Below, piece by piece: positions 43,251-53,894 of a stretch of DNA of 64,000 nucleotides. Every line of letters begins with the position of its first letter. Position 1 is the first letter of the stretch. Under the pieces are notes generated by a model. The model searched no databases. It was not told where the DNA came from and was given only the letters and a program-made list of their open reading frames with translations. This DNA is from an uncultured Pelagibacteraceae bacterium (GTDB lineage: Bacteria; Pseudomonadota; Alphaproteobacteria; Pelagibacterales; Pelagibacteraceae), in the NCBI GenBank assembly GCA_902595885.1, contig CACJRQ010000003.1, forward strand, positions 12,679 through 76,678, read 5' to 3'. Position numbers and translations under genes: made by a program.

Positions 43251-43874
43251 ATGGGAAAATACAAATTAACTTGGAGAGATATAAAACTTGAGGATTTTAA
43301 AACATATTTATTCGCTATGTTTAAGGCGTTTATTCCCAAAAAAAAAATAAAAAATTTAGATGAACTAGAACAATTTATTCAAACAAAATCTGCCTGGGCC
43401 ACTCAAGTTACTTTATATAATTATCTAAAAACTAGAATGGGGACAAGATACGTTCTTCATTTTGATAATGATGAATTTATGTCATCAGTAAATCTTGCTA
43501 AATGGAATATTTATTCAGTAGCATTACAAGATTTAACTTTTTTTACTTTTTCATATTTGAAAGTTAATTCCAATTATCAGGATATTCATAAATCAAACGA
43601 AATTTTTAATAAAATTTTAGATGATGAAATTTCTAATAAGATGCCACTAGATATCATCGATGAAGCTAGAAAAAGTTTTAATGAACGATTAGAGAAAATA
43701 AATTGGGATGATTATTATCAAGACTTACCTTTTAATCCTAGTGCACTCTCTTTATATAAATGGGCTCCAATTGCAGATGAATTAAAAACTCTAGATCGAA
43801 AGATCGTTTTAAATTCGATGATTTTAAAATGGGATGTTGTTAAACAAGAATTTAAAGATTTAATCCAATTTTAA
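43251..43874 (+). CDS. Conserved hypothetical protein between actP and acs
   Basis: Long ORF; [14 protein letters not shown] and [12 protein letters not shown] look like conserved motifs; no catalytic motif recognised; ATG at 43251. Confidence 0.7.
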   Translation: MGKYKLTWRDIKLEDFKTYLFAMFKAFIPKKKIKNLDELEQFIQTKSAWATQVTLYNYLKTRMGTRYVLHFDNDEFMSSVNLAKWNIYSVALQDLTFFTFSYLKVNSNYQDIHKSNEIFNKILDDEISNKMPLDIIDEARKSFNERLEKINWDDYYQDLPFNPSALSLYKWAPIADELKTLDRKIVLNSMILKWDVVKQEFKDLIQF

Positions 43875-45967
43875 ATATTTTTTCTATTGTCAACTAAACT
43901 TTCAACTACACTCGGATCTGCTAGAGTAGTTGTGTCTCCTAATTGACCATGCTCGTTAGCTGCAATCTTTCTTAAAATTCTTCTCATTATCTTTCCTGAC
44001 CTTGTCTTTGGAAGACCCGGTGTAAAATGAATTAGATCTGGGGTTGCTAAAGGTCCAATTTGTTTTCTGACCCAAAGTTTTAGATCTCTTTCAAGTTCGC
44101 CAGTTTCTATTTCTCCTGCATTCAAAGTAACATAACAATATAACCCATTACCTTTTATATCGTGGGGGTAGCCAACTACAGCGGCTTCAGCTACTTTTGG
44201 ATGAGCAACAAATGCACTTTCAATTTCAGCAGTTCCTAGGTTGTGGCCAGAGACAATAATTACATCATCTACTCGACCAGTAATCCAGTAATATCCATCT
44301 TTATCTCTTCGACATCCATCGCCAGTAAAATATTTTCCGTTAAATTGAGAAAAATACGTATCAATAAATCTTTGATGATCACCATAAACAGTTCTCATTT
44401 GTCCAGGCCAAGATTGAGCTATACATAATCTACCTTCACCAGCTCCTTTAATTTCTTTTCCGTTTTTATCAACGAGCACTGGCTTAATTCCATAAAAAGG
44501 TTTTGTCGCAGACCCAGGTTTAAGTGGAATAGCACCAGTTTGAGGAGCAATCATTATACCTCCTGTTTCCGTTTGCCACCAAGTATCTACAATTGGACAT
44601 TTAGAATTACCTACAGTTTTATAGTACCACATCCAAGCCTCTGGATTTATTGGTTCTCCTACTGTTCCTAAAAGTTTTAATGATTTTCTGGTAGTTTTTT
44701 TAACTGGTTTATCTCCCTCACGCATTAAGGCTCTAATTGCAGTTGGTGCAGTATAAAAAGTATTTACTTTATATTTATCAACTATTTGCCACCATCTTGA
44801 ACTATCAGGATAATTAGGAATTCCTTCAAACATTATAGTCGTTGCACCATTCGAAAGTGGTCCATAAATAATATAACTATGTCCAGTCACCCAACCAATA
44901 TCAGCAGTGCACCAATAAATATCTTTTGGTTTGTAGTTGAAAATATATTGATGAGTCATAGAAGCATAAACCATATAGCCACCAGTAGTATGCAGAACAC
45001 CTTTAGGCTTACCTGTTGAACCCGATGTATATAAAATAAACAAAGGATCCTCTGCGCTCATTTCTTCAGGCTCACAATGATTAGGAACATCTTTAATTAA
45101 ATCATGAAACCAAACATCTCTATTTTGATCCCAGTTAATATAATTACCTGTTCGTTTTACAACAATGCAATTTTTAACATTTGGACAACTCATTAAAGCT
45201 TCATCGACTGTATATTTCAGTGGTATAGTTTTTCCACCCCGCACTCCTTCATCTGCAGTAATGATATATTCGGACTCACAATCATTCACTCTTCCCGAAA
45301 TAGAATCCGCTGAAAAGCCTCCAAAAATAATCGAGTGAACTGCACCAATTCTTACACATGCCAGCATTAAAATTGCTAATTCTGGTATCATGGTTAAATA
45401 AATTGTTACACGGTCGCCTTTTTTAATTCCTAATTTTCTTAAACCATTTGCTGCTTTAGAAACTTTTTGGTGAAGCTGTTTATAAGAAATTTTTTGACTA
45501 TCTTTTGGATCGTCTCCTACCCAAATAATAGCAGTTTTATCTTTTTTATCTTTTAAATGTCTATCAATACAATTTGCCGAAGCATTTAAAGTACCATCTT
45601 CAAACCATTTAATTTTGACTTCTTTTGTACTGTATTTTACATCTTTAATTTTTTTATAAGGTTTTATCCAAGTAATTCTTTTTCCCTCTTTTCTCCAAAA
45701 TTCATCATTACTCTTTATAGATTGAGAATATTTTTGTTGATATTTACTTTTATTTGCTAAGCTACTTTTAACCCATTCTGGTTTTGTTTTAATAACCACT
45801 TCAGGAGGTGTATTTCCGTTTTCTTTTTTTGCTTTAATTCTTTTTTTTACTTTTTTAGAAGCTCTTTTTTTAACTTTAGATCTTCTCTTCACCTTTTTTA
45901 AGGTTTTTTTTCTAACTTTAGATTTTTTTCTTCTTACCTTGCTTTTCTTCTTCTTTTTTTTTGGCAT
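43871..45967 (-). CDS. acs: Acetyl-CoA synthetase with a Lys/Arg-rich N-terminal extension
   Basis: [46 protein letters not shown]. Confidence 0.97.
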   Translation of the reverse strand: MPKKKKKKSKVRRKKSKVRKKTLKKVKRRSKVKKRASKKVKKRIKAKKENGNTPPEVVIKTKPEWVKSSLANKSKYQQKYSQSIKSNDEFWRKEGKRITWIKPYKKIKDVKYSTKEVKIKWFEDGTLNASANCIDRHLKDKKDKTAIIWVGDDPKDSQKISYKQLHQKVSKAANGLRKLGIKKGDRVTIYLTMIPELAILMLACVRIGAVHSIIFGGFSADSISGRVNDCESEYIITADEGVRGGKTIPLKYTVDEALMSCPNVKNCIVVKRTGNYINWDQNRDVWFHDLIKDVPNHCEPEEMSAEDPLFILYTSGSTGKPKGVLHTTGGYMVYASMTHQYIFNYKPKDIYWCTADIGWVTGHSYIIYGPLSNGATTIMFEGIPNYPDSSRWWQIVDKYKVNTFYTAPTAIRALMREGDKPVKKTTRKSLKLLGTVGEPINPEAWMWYYKTVGNSKCPIVDTWWQTETGGIMIAPQTGAIPLKPGSATKPFYGIKPVLVDKNGKEIKGAGEGRLCIAQSWPGQMRTVYGDHQRFIDTYFSQFNGKYFTGDGCRRDKDGYYWITGRVDDVIIVSGHNLGTAEIESAFVAHPKVAEAAVVGYPHDIKGNGLYCYVTLNAGEIETGELERDLKLWVRKQIGPLATPDLIHFTPGLPKTRSGKIMRRILRKIAANEHGQLGDTTTLADPSVVESLVDNRKNI

Positions 45968-45982
45968 AGGATAATTTTTTTT

Positions 45983-46396
45983 TTAAATTCTACTCATGTT
46001 ATTTATAATTTTCCAGCTTTTATAATCAACAGGCATTACAGAAAGCCTGCTTTGCTTTATAAGAGCTAAATGGCTTAAATCCTTATTTTTTTTAATGCTT
46101 TCGAGTGTTATAGGCTTTGAAAATTTAGACTTAAATTGAACAGTAACGGCAACAAACCTTCCTGTTTTGTCTGTTTTATCTATATAAGATTCTTTAATAA
46201 CTTTTACTATTCCAACTATCTCTTTTCCAATATTTGAATGATAAAAAAAACATAGATCTCCTTTCCTCATACTTTTTAAATTCTTTGCAGCTTGATAATT
46301 TCTGACACCATCCCAAGGTGCACCTTTAATTCCAGCTTTTTTTTGCTGATCAATTGACCAAACATCTGGTTCAGATTTCATCAACCAATATTGCAT
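45983..46396 (-). CDS. EVE-domain protein
   Basis: YWLMKSEP, WDGVRNYQA, GDLCFFYHS, SRLSVMPV. Confidence 0.94.
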   Translation of the reverse strand: MQYWLMKSEPDVWSIDQQKKAGIKGAPWDGVRNYQAAKNLKSMRKGDLCFFYHSNIGKEIVGIVKVIKESYIDKTDKTGRFVAVTVQFKSKFSKPITLESIKKNKDLSHLALIKQSRLSVMPVDYKSWKIINNMSRI

Positions 46397-46423
46397 CTAT
46401 TTTTATCTCTTTTTGTTAAGTTT

Positions 46424-48343
46424 TTATTTGATGTAGGTAATCTTTCCTTCAGATGGAATTCCAGCATTTGTAATTATAAAAACTAAATATGTTCCATCAC
46501 TCAATATATTTTTATTTTGAGGAATACTGAATTTGATTTCATTTTTATTTATTTTTGTAAAATCTAATGATAAATACTTTAATTCTGATGCTTGGGCATG
46601 AGTTGTAGACCCTGTACTAATAAGAGATATTTTTTCTATCTCAGTACTATCATCAACTAACATTATTTGATTATTTCTATTAGTTATTATTTTTTCTAAT
46701 TTTTTAATTTTAGGTCTTTTTGCTAAAATTGTTTTACCTTTAGTATTTTTTGAAAAAAGATAGGGCGGATAAAACAATTGAGCATTCCATACATCTCCAC
46801 CTGCAACAAAAACTCTTCCATCGGGTAATAATAACGATGTAGAGTGATAATTTCTTTTGAAATTTGTTTTTGACATTTTTTCCCAAATATCGTCATTAGT
46901 TTTATAAATTTCAGGAGTAAAGTTACTAAAATAAGTATCATCATAAGCACCCTGATATATAGCTGTTCCACCATTAACAAATACATCACCCGTAGGTAAA
47001 ATAGTTGCATCAGCATTAGCTCTTGGATAATGCATGCTTTCTTTCTTTTCAATTTTTGGATTAAAAGAATTTGATATATCAATTATAATAGCTTCGTTAG
47101 ATGCCGCATATCCTTCTCCTTTTTGTTGACCACCAATAAATAGAATTTTATCTTTAGCTATCATCACGGCTGAAGCTTTTTCTCCCACAGGTGCACCTAT
47201 AGTCAATGTATTAATTTCTTTATAGTCATTTTCATCGTTTGGGTTTTGATGAATTATTTTTTGGGCAATTGCACCTTTTACAAGTTTAATTTCACCAACT
47301 TTTGAAATTTTATAATTATTTTTTTTATCCATTACCCAAAGTTTGTTATAAGATATCCCAAAGGGGTTTCCGTCAGAGGATAAAAAAAATTTTGGATAAG
47401 ACCATTCGTCATTTTCCATATTTCCAAGAAGTTCAAGACTTTCTCCTTCTTTAAGTATTTTCCAACTAAGTGTACCATCCTCATTTTCAGTTAAAATTTC
47501 TGGAGTATGACTTATTCTATCCTGGGTTAAGACTTCGTCATGTTTTATTTTAGCACCCCCAACCATTATAAAGTGATTTTCCGCTGTTCTAACAATGGAT
47601 CCGTACCATCGGTCATAATTTAAATTACGCCCCTTCGTAAATTTTTGAGTTTTAATATTATAAAATGTCGTTGCATTTTGAGTATCTGGAGCACCATGTT
47701 TTGGCTCTACATTACCACCTAATATAAATACATTTTCGTTATCAAATACTCTTACCACTGAACAAAAAGCATCCCAAACTATTGGTCTATGAAAAACTTT
47801 TTGACTATCAATATCTATTCCTTTCTTTGGATCCCATATTACAAAGTCAATACCAGCAAAAACATCATGGTGTTCCCATTGTTTAGTTCCCTTATCTCTT
47901 TCCAATTCATAATTATCAGTGAGTTTTAATTTTTTATTTTGACTTATATTTTTATCTTTTTCCTTTTCTTTTATTCCATAAGAGCCAAAAGTCATTACAG
48001 TTTCGTCTGGTAATAATACTGAATGAACAGCTATAACTGGCCAATCAAAAGGCGGACTCCAAAATCCCTCAACATCAGCATTATTTGGAACTTTTCCTTC
48101 TTCTAATTCAATGTTTTTTGAATTAAGATCTAATGGGTTGACAGGTTTTTGAACGTAATATTTTTTTTTTATGTATGTATAGAATGTTTTCGATTCATCC
48201 CAATTGAACCCTTTTTTACCTTCCCAAGAAAAATGATTTCCTAAAAGAAATCCAGAACTTATGATCAAAAAAAATATAAAAGAAAATAAAAGTATTTTTT
48301 TATAATACTTAAATAAATTTATTGATTTTAGTTTATTAAACAT
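46424..48343 (-). CDS. Galactose/glyoxal oxidase-like copper-radical oxidase (CAZy AA5-like) with N-terminal membrane anchor
   Basis: DAFCS (Cys194), RWYG (Tyr247), RNYHS (Tyr/His), STTHA (His); kelch repeats (LLPDGRVFVAGG); PPYL linker and C-terminal GO-like E-set domain. Confidence 0.85.
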   Translation of the reverse strand: MFNKLKSINLFKYYKKILLFSFIFFLIISSGFLLGNHFSWEGKKGFNWDESKTFYTYIKKKYYVQKPVNPLDLNSKNIELEEGKVPNNADVEGFWSPPFDWPVIAVHSVLLPDETVMTFGSYGIKEKEKDKNISQNKKLKLTDNYELERDKGTKQWEHHDVFAGIDFVIWDPKKGIDIDSQKVFHRPIVWDAFCSVVRVFDNENVFILGGNVEPKHGAPDTQNATTFYNIKTQKFTKGRNLNYDRWYGSIVRTAENHFIMVGGAKIKHDEVLTQDRISHTPEILTENEDGTLSWKILKEGESLELLGNMENDEWSYPKFFLSSDGNPFGISYNKLWVMDKKNNYKISKVGEIKLVKGAIAQKIIHQNPNDENDYKEINTLTIGAPVGEKASAVMIAKDKILFIGGQQKGEGYAASNEAIIIDISNSFNPKIEKKESMHYPRANADATILPTGDVFVNGGTAIYQGAYDDTYFSNFTPEIYKTNDDIWEKMSKTNFKRNYHSTSLLLPDGRVFVAGGDVWNAQLFYPPYLFSKNTKGKTILAKRPKIKKLEKIITNRNNQIMLVDDSTEIEKISLISTGSTTHAQASELKYLSLDFTKINKNEIKFSIPQNKNILSDGTYLVFIITNAGIPSEGKITYIK

Positions 48344-48386
48344 AATTAATTACTTTATATACTACAGCTAAATTTTATTAAATGAT

Positions 48387-49460
48387 TTATAATTTTACTC
48401 CAGCACCCTTTAAAAACTTAGCATTTTCATCTAATGACCATCTTGGTTTTGCTGGATAATCTAAATTGTTAAATTGTTTTAATTTAAACTTTTCTAAGCC
48501 TACCATTGCAATCATGGCGGCGTTGTCCCCACAAAGGTCTATTGGTGGAAAAATACTTTCATAATTATTTTCTTTGCATAGATTAATTAACATAGACCTA
48601 ATTTTTTTATTTGCTGCGACTCCACCTGCAACTACAAAAATTTTTTCATTTAATTTATTCATTTTTTCAAATTCATTAAAAGCAATTTTTGTTTTTTTAT
48701 ATAAAATTTCTTCAATTGTTTTTTGAAAGGATGCTGCAAGATCATATTTGTCTTGTTCTGATTTAATCGTTTTGCTTATTTTTAATATAGCAGTTTTAAG
48801 ACCTGCAAAAGAAAGATTGCATCCTCCTTTATTAAGAATTGGTTTTGGTAAATTATATTTTTTAGGATCACCCTTTTCAGCCAAAATTTCAACCTGAGGT
48901 CCTCCAGGAAATTCTATTCCTAAAAGTTTTGCAGTTTTATCAAATGCTTCACCCAAAGCGTCATCAATAGTTGTTCCTAATCTTTTATATTTACCAAGAT
49001 TTTTAACATTCAAATACTGAGAGTGCCCACCAGAAATTAAAAGAAGTAAATATGGATAATCTAGATTTGTATTAAGTTTTGGACTTAAAGCATGCCCCTC
49101 TAAATGATTAACTGCGATAAAAGGTTTATTTATTGCTGATGCGAATGCTTTGCCAAAACTTAATCCTACTGATAGACACACAATCAATCCAGGCCCAGCT
49201 GTAGAAGCAACTGCATCTATTTCTTCAATTTTTCTTCCACTTTCATCAATAGCTTTTTTGACGATCCAATCAATTTTTTCAATGTGTGAACGAGCTGCTA
49301 GTTCAGGAACTACACCACCAAACTCCCTATGAACCTCCACTTGACTTGAAACAATATTCGATAAAACCTCAGGGAATCCTTTTTCATTTTCGGTTATTAA
49401 AGAAGCTGCTGTTTCATCACAACTAGATTCTATTCCAAGAATTAAGGTTTTTTTACTCAT
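48387..49460 (-). CDS. tsaD: t6A37 threonylcarbamoyltransferase TsaD
   Basis: ILGIESSCDET, GGVVPELAARSH, NHLEGH, DDALGEAFDK, DNAAMIA. Confidence 0.97.
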   Translation of the reverse strand: MSKKTLILGIESSCDETAASLITENEKGFPEVLSNIVSSQVEVHREFGGVVPELAARSHIEKIDWIVKKAIDESGRKIEEIDAVASTAGPGLIVCLSVGLSFGKAFASAINKPFIAVNHLEGHALSPKLNTNLDYPYLLLLISGGHSQYLNVKNLGKYKRLGTTIDDALGEAFDKTAKLLGIEFPGGPQVEILAEKGDPKKYNLPKPILNKGGCNLSFAGLKTAILKISKTIKSEQDKYDLAASFQKTIEEILYKKTKIAFNEFEKMNKLNEKIFVVAGGVAANKKIRSMLINLCKENNYESIFPPIDLCGDNAAMIAMVGLEKFKLKQFNNLDYPAKPRWSLDENAKFLKGAGVKL

Positions 49461-49514
49461 TCAAATAGTTTTTAATAATTGTACAATCTTAATACAAGTA
49501 AGAAATAAATTTTT

Positions 49515-50432
49515 ATGAGTAAAAAAATAATAATTGGATCTAGGGGTAGCAAGCTTGCCTTACTTTATGCTGAACAAGCTAAAGATAAAATTATTGAAAA
49601 TACTAACTTTGGTAATGATGATATTTTAATTAAATCAATTACAACTAAAGGTGACGAAGTACAGGATATAAGATTATCTGAGCTTGGTGGCAAAGGTTTG
49701 TTTTCTAGTAATATTGAAAAAGAACTTAAGTTAAAAAATATTGATATTGCAGTACATGCACTGAAAGATATGCCTGCTAATGAAACAAAAGGATTAACAA
49801 CAGACTCTTTCCTTGAAAGAAATGACCCTAGAGAGATTTTAATTACAAAGAACAAAAAAAAACTTAAAGACTTAGATCAAAAGTCAATTGTTGGTACCTC
49901 ATCATACAGAAGAGAATTTCAAATAAAAAAAATTAGACAAGATTTGAACTGTAAACTAATTAGAGGAAATGTAGATACTAGAATTAGAAAATTAAATGAA
50001 GGGATGTATGATGCGATTATTTTGTCTTATGCTGGTATCAAATTTTTAAAATTTGAAAATGAAATCTCAGAAATTTTTTCAACTGAAGAAATAATTCCTA
50101 GTGCAGGACAAGGCGTAATTGCTCTTCAGTGCAGGGAGAATGATGATCAGACAATTTCTATTTTAAACAAAATTAATCATGAGGAAACACATAAAAGAGC
50201 TCACCTAGAGAGAAATATTTTAAAAGTTTTAGATGGAGATTGTGAAACAGCAATTGGTGCTCATTCAGTGGTTGATGGTGATAAGATTATAGTAGAGGCT
50301 GAACTTTTTTCTTTAGATGGTAAAAAAAGGTATTATGAAAAAAAAGTTGGTAATTTGAATGAGTTTAAAGAAATTGGTAAAGAGATTGGAATACTTTTAA
50401 AAACAAAATCAAATAATTCATATAAAAGATAG
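49515..50432 (+). CDS. hemC: Hydroxymethylbilane synthase
   Basis: IGSRGSKLA, GGKGLF, DIAVHALKDMP, GTSSYRR, IRGNVDTR, DGDC. Confidence 0.97.
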   Translation: MSKKIIIGSRGSKLALLYAEQAKDKIIENTNFGNDDILIKSITTKGDEVQDIRLSELGGKGLFSSNIEKELKLKNIDIAVHALKDMPANETKGLTTDSFLERNDPREILITKNKKKLKDLDQKSIVGTSSYRREFQIKKIRQDLNCKLIRGNVDTRIRKLNEGMYDAIILSYAGIKFLKFENEISEIFSTEEIIPSAGQGVIALQCRENDDQTISILNKINHEETHKRAHLERNILKVLDGDCETAIGAHSVVDGDKIIVEAELFSLDGKKRYYEKKVGNLNEFKEIGKEIGILLKTKSNNSYKR

Positions 50433-50433
50433 T

Positions 50434-51132
50434 ATGCATATTTTGTTAACTAGACCACTAGAGGATTGTTCTGAAATGATATTAAAATTTCAATCATTAG
50501 GACATCAAGTTTCTCATCTTCCATTAATAAGAATTGAAAAGGTTAATTATGAAGAAATTAACTTTTCTGAATATGGTGGAATTGTTTTTACTAGTGCAAA
50601 TGCAGTAAAATTTTTAAACACAGTAAAATTAGATAAAAATATTAAATGCTTTTGTGTTGGAAACGCCACAGAAAACAAAGCAAGAAGTTTTGGTTTTCAA
50701 AATACAATTGCGGCTGAAGGAAATGTTACAAACTTAAAGGAGTTAATTATACAAAGTTATGAGTCCAAAAATAAAGAATTACTTTACGTTAGTGGTGAAA
50801 CAATATCGGTTGATTTAGATCAACAGTTATTAAGCGAAGGTTTTAAGGTAAAAAGAATTATTAATTACAGAGTAGATCATAATCAAAAATTTGATGAGAA
50901 ATTTGTTAATGACTTAAAATTAAATATGCCTGATATGGTCTATGTTTACTCTCAAAATAGTGCGTCAAGTTTCTTAAATTTCATAAAGATTTACCAAACC
51001 GAAAATTTGTGGATGAATTCAAATTTGATGTGTATAGGCGAAAAAACCTCGTCAATACTGAACGAAATCAAATGGAAAAAGATTTTTCTTTTTAACCCTG
51101 GAGAAGAAGAGTTTTTGTTATATAAAATTTAG
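50434..51132 (+). CDS. hemD: Uroporphyrinogen-III synthase
   Basis: ILLTRP, FTSANAV, CVGNAT; follows hemC. Confidence 0.9.
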   Translation: MHILLTRPLEDCSEMILKFQSLGHQVSHLPLIRIEKVNYEEINFSEYGGIVFTSANAVKFLNTVKLDKNIKCFCVGNATENKARSFGFQNTIAAEGNVTNLKELIIQSYESKNKELLYVSGETISVDLDQQLLSEGFKVKRIINYRVDHNQKFDEKFVNDLKLNMPDMVYVYSQNSASSFLNFIKIYQTENLWMNSNLMCIGEKTSSILNEIKWKKIFLFNPGEEEFLLYKI

Positions 51133-51134
51133 AA

Positions 51135-52220
51135 ATGGAATTAATTAATAATTTTTCAGAGATATTTTTATCAGTATGGAATAAAGGAATTCTTGGTGTT
51201 GATATTTTTCAAATCTTAATTGGTATTGGAATATTTTTACTATTCTTAATTTTTAGAGGTCTAATAAGCAAATTAGTTATTAAAAAATTAGAAATTATCT
51301 CGAAAAGAACAACGAATAAATTAGATGATACTTTTGTTCAATCACTTGTAGGTCCAGCAAGATTTTTACCAATTGTATTAGGATTTTTTATTGCAAGCTA
51401 CTATATGACTTTCTCACTAGAAGGAAGAGAAGTGGTAGACACAATTAATAGAACGTTGATCACTATTTTAATTTTTTGGGTAATTCACCAAATCATAGAA
51501 CCAATCTCATACATACTTAGTGGTTTAGATAAATTGTTAACAAGAGAACTTATTGGCTGGATAATTAAATCACTAAAAATTTTAATTTTTATTTTAGGTT
51601 TAGCAGCAGTTTTAGAATTGTGGGGAATTAAAATAGGTCCAATCATTGCAGGTCTTGGATTGTTTGGTGTTGCTGTAGCATTAGGGGCACAAGATTTATT
51701 CAAAAATTTAATATCAGGAATTTTAGTTTTAGTTGAAAAGAGATTTAAAATTGGAGACTGGATAGCTGTCGAGGGTATTATTGAAGGTGTAGTAGAAAAG
51801 ATTGGATTTAGATCAACAACAATTAGAAAGTTTGACAAATCTCTTGCTATTATTCCAAATTTTCAATTTGCCGAAAACGCAGTTATAAATGTAAGTGAAA
51901 CTTCAAATTGGTTAATCAGTTGGATAATTACACTTCAATATGACACTACAGTAGATCAGTTAAAAAAAATTAGAGATGAAATCGAAAGTCATATTAATTC
52001 AAGCGAAGATTATAATACCTCAATTGGTGTTGCGGTAAGAGTTGATAAATTTTCTGATAGTTCAATAGATATGTATGTAAGATGCTTTACAAAAACAGGA
52101 AGTTGGAATAATTGGCTTGATGTAAAAGAAAGATTAGCAATTGCGATTAAGGAAATTGTAGAAAAAAACGGCGCTTCATTTGCTTTCCCAAGTCAGTCGA
52201 TTTACGTTGAGAAAAAATGA
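51135..52220 (+). CDS. MscS-family mechanosensitive channel
   Basis: AGLGLFGVAVALGAQD, FKIGDWI, GVVEKIGFRST, FAFPS. Confidence 0.93.
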   Translation: MELINNFSEIFLSVWNKGILGVDIFQILIGIGIFLLFLIFRGLISKLVIKKLEIISKRTTNKLDDTFVQSLVGPARFLPIVLGFFIASYYMTFSLEGREVVDTINRTLITILIFWVIHQIIEPISYILSGLDKLLTRELIGWIIKSLKILIFILGLAAVLELWGIKIGPIIAGLGLFGVAVALGAQDLFKNLISGILVLVEKRFKIGDWIAVEGIIEGVVEKIGFRSTTIRKFDKSLAIIPNFQFAENAVINVSETSNWLISWIITLQYDTTVDQLKKIRDEIESHINSSEDYNTSIGVAVRVDKFSDSSIDMYVRCFTKTGSWNNWLDVKERLAIAIKEIVEKNGASFAFPSQSIYVEKK

Positions 52221-52507
52221 TAGCTATTTTTTATTTAGTTTTACAAATTTTAAAATTGTACTCTTATGTTGTAATCGTTAATGTCATTGTAAGTTGGTTA
52301 ATAGCTTTTAATGTTCTTAATACTCAAAATAGGTTTGTGTATGCAATTTTAGAGTTGAGTTACAAATTAACCGAGCCTTTCCTGAATAAAATTAGACGTT
52401 TTTTGCCAAATTTAGGTTCACTAGATATTTCTCCAATCATTCTTCTTCTATTGATTTGGTTTATCGAAATGTGTATGAAGCTGTACATCGCACCAATGAT
52501 TTTTTAA
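52217..52507 (+). CDS. yggT: YggT-family membrane protein
   Basis: SWLIAFNV, LTEPFLNKIRRFLP, LDISPI. Confidence 0.9.
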   Translation: MIAIFYLVLQILKLYSYVVIVNVIVSWLIAFNVLNTQNRFVYAILELSYKLTEPFLNKIRRFLPNLGSLDISPIILLLLIWFIEMCMKLYIAPMIF

Positions 52508-52516
52508 GAGAGAAAT

Positions 52517-53362
52517 ATGATTTTAATTGATGGAAAAAAAGCAGCTGCAGAGTTAAGAGCAGAATTAAAGGAAGAAGTTGCAGAGTTAAAATCAAAACAT
52601 AATAAAGTACCAGGTCTAACAGTAATACTGATTGGTGATTTAACACCTAGTCAGATTTATGTAAGAAATAAAGAGAAGTCAGCAAATGAGGTAGGATTAA
52701 AATCTGAAGTAATTAAATATCCAGATTCAGTAGAAGAAAAGACTGTTCTAGAAAAAATTCAAGAACTAAACAGTGACGAAACTGTTTCAGGAATTTTAGT
52801 TCAACTTCCTTTACCTAAGCATATTGATAAGCAGAAGGTTATAGAAGCTATTGATCCCTCAAAAGACGTAGATGGATTTCATCCAATGAATGTAGGCAAT
52901 CTTTCATCTGGTTATGAAAGTTCGATACCTTGTACTCCGCTTGGATGTTATTTGTTGATAAAAAAAATTGAACCTAATTTAAGTGGTAAAAAAGCTGTGG
53001 TTGTAGGTAGATCAAATTTAAATGGCAAACCAATGACACAACTTCTTTTAAAAGAAAATTGCACCGTAACTATAACTCATTCAAAAACTAAAGATTTAAA
53101 AGCTGAATGTTTAGAGGCAGATATAATTGTTGCAGCTGTAGGTATACCCGAACTTGTTAGAGGAGATTGGGTTAAAAAAGATGCTATTGTTATTGATGTT
53201 GGTATAAATAAAACTGACAACGGTATAGTTGGTGATGTTCATTTTGATGAAGTTTCAAAAAATGCAAAAGCACTTACACCAGTTCCAGGCGGTGTAGGTC
53301 CAATGACCATTGCTTGTTTGCTTAAAAATACCATCGACTGTTTCAAAAGATCGCAAATTTAA
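52517..53362 (+). CDS. folD: Methylene-THF dehydrogenase / cyclohydrolase
   Basis: GILVQLPLP, KDVDGFHP, PCTPLG, DVGIN, TPVPGGVGPMT. Confidence 0.98.
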   Translation: MILIDGKKAAAELRAELKEEVAELKSKHNKVPGLTVILIGDLTPSQIYVRNKEKSANEVGLKSEVIKYPDSVEEKTVLEKIQELNSDETVSGILVQLPLPKHIDKQKVIEAIDPSKDVDGFHPMNVGNLSSGYESSIPCTPLGCYLLIKKIEPNLSGKKAVVVGRSNLNGKPMTQLLLKENCTVTITHSKTKDLKAECLEADIIVAAVGIPELVRGDWVKKDAIVIDVGINKTDNGIVGDVHFDEVSKNAKALTPVPGGVGPMTIACLLKNTIDCFKRSQI

Positions 53363-53400
53363 TAATTAAACCATAAGCTGTAATCTGTTAATTTATTAGG

Positions 53401-53604
53401 ATGAAAAAACCTAAACGACCATACAGATTTGGTATAATTTTTTTGCTTCTTACAGTTCCACCTATTGGGGCAACTCAGCTAGGTTGGTATTTGCATGACA
53501 AGCAAACTGGTTTTGATTATGGTATGATTGTAGGTACTGTATCAGTAATATACGCTGCATATTTAATGTATGAAAAAAACTGGCGTGAAGAAGATGAAGA
53601 TTAA
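53401..53604 (+). CDS. Small hypothetical membrane protein (2 TM)
   Basis: 67-aa ORF filling the gap, two hydrophobic segments, basic N-terminus and acidic C-terminus. Confidence 0.65.
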   Translation: MKKPKRPYRFGIIFLLLTVPPIGATQLGWYLHDKQTGFDYGMIVGTVSVIYAAYLMYEKNWREEDED

Positions 53605-53607
53605 ATT

Positions 53608-53883
53608 ATGGAAAAAATAATTTTTTTTGGATTGGTTATTCCTATTATGGCTTATGTTTTATACTTAGGTGGAATGGCAATTATGAATGGTTTTAAGTCT
53701 AAGGAAGCTAATAGAGCTGAGAAAGAGGAAGATGAAAGTGAGGGTAGGGAGACAAGCGAGACTTCTGATGAACAAAGCATTAATTTAAGTGATGAACTTA
53801 ATAAATTGAATGATTTAAAAGAAAAAGGAATTATTTCTCAAGAGGAATTTGAAAAAGCCAAAAACAAACTATTAAATAATTAA
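53608..53883 (+). CDS. SHOCT-domain membrane protein
   Basis: N-terminal TM; C-terminal ELNKLNDLKEKGIISQEEFEKAKNKLL matches the SHOCT pattern. Confidence 0.85.
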   Translation: MEKIIFFGLVIPIMAYVLYLGGMAIMNGFKSKEANRAEKEEDESEGRETSETSDEQSINLSDELNKLNDLKEKGIISQEEFEKAKNKLLNN

Positions 53884-53894
53884 ATAGTTTAATC

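Noticed and set aside
45983-46396. EVE domain as a modified-DNA defence system
   Set aside because: It is a stand-alone EVE gene in its usual tsaD-linked context, with no nuclease or toxin partner.
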